NCBI RefSeq assembly: GCF_009834535.1
Contig: NC_045701.1
Span: 7,750,001-7,814,000, forward strand
Origin: Camelus ferus
Taxonomy: Eukaryota
Length of the DNA: 64,000 bases
Direction: 5' to 3'
The position numbers and the translations under genes are program-made. The notes below the pieces were generated by a model. The model made no database searches, had not been told where the DNA came from, and saw only the letters and a list, made by a program, of their open reading frames with translations. Positions 63,730 through 64,000 of the stretch are shown here, piece after piece. Each line of letters starts with the position of its first letter. The stretch's first letter is position 1.

Positions 63730-64000
63730 CAGCTGCTTCCTGAGTGCTACTCATTATGAGCTGAGTGGCACCAAGCACTCTAGAACATTCATCCTGGTGA
63801 ACTCAGATTAACCCTCTGATGTACTGTGCTATCATCCCCAACAGTGTAGGATTAATATGCTCCAGGTCTCTTGGCTTTGGTCCAAACTGGGGTTTGAACA
63901 GGGCTTTGTCCAGCCCCAGGTCTGTGTATGTTCTTAAGCATCCCAGTGCAATGCAATGCCACCTGCCTGCCAGGATTGGAATTCTTTCTTTGCCATAAGT

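Noticed and set aside
1-64000. CRISPR arrays, prokaryotic operons, rRNA
   Set aside because: This is mammalian intron/exon DNA with no regularly spaced repeat-spacer arrays or rRNA-like sequence.

Overview
Mammalian genomic DNA, most likely a camelid (alpaca, llama or camel), judged from five copies of a ~120-bp tRNA-derived SINE and young L1 3' ends. Two protein-coding genes lie head-to-tail on the + strand, matching the ICE2 (NARG2) -> ANXA2 order I recall from human 15q22. (1) The last five coding exons of ICE2 are at 754-883, 14237-14321, 15597-15647, 19090-19348 and 22888-23010 (TAA), followed by the 3'UTR. All phases join into one open frame. (2) ANXA2 has a CpG-island promoter (TATAAAA 47363, GC boxes, AP-1), non-coding exon 1 ending at 47437, coding exon 2 (57274-57332, MSTVHEILCKLSLEGD) and exon 3 (60276-60375), and the gene continues past the window end. 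The rest is introns and intergenic DNA full of TEs (MaLR/MLT1, MER21, an ERV1 solo LTR, L1, L2, MIR, Tigger and hAT MITEs, SINEs). Almost all ORF-track ORFs are artefacts. I found no convincing new biological system. The best leads are small: an L1-retroposed polyadenylated MaLR-LTR fragment, apparent absence of the human long-ANXA2 start and donor, a sense ERV LTR poly(A) signal in ANXA2 intron 3, an orphan CpG-rich promoter/exon-like element at 33.1 kb, and an AP-1 cluster in ANXA2 intron 1. Human comparisons and repeat subfamily names are from memory, not from a search.
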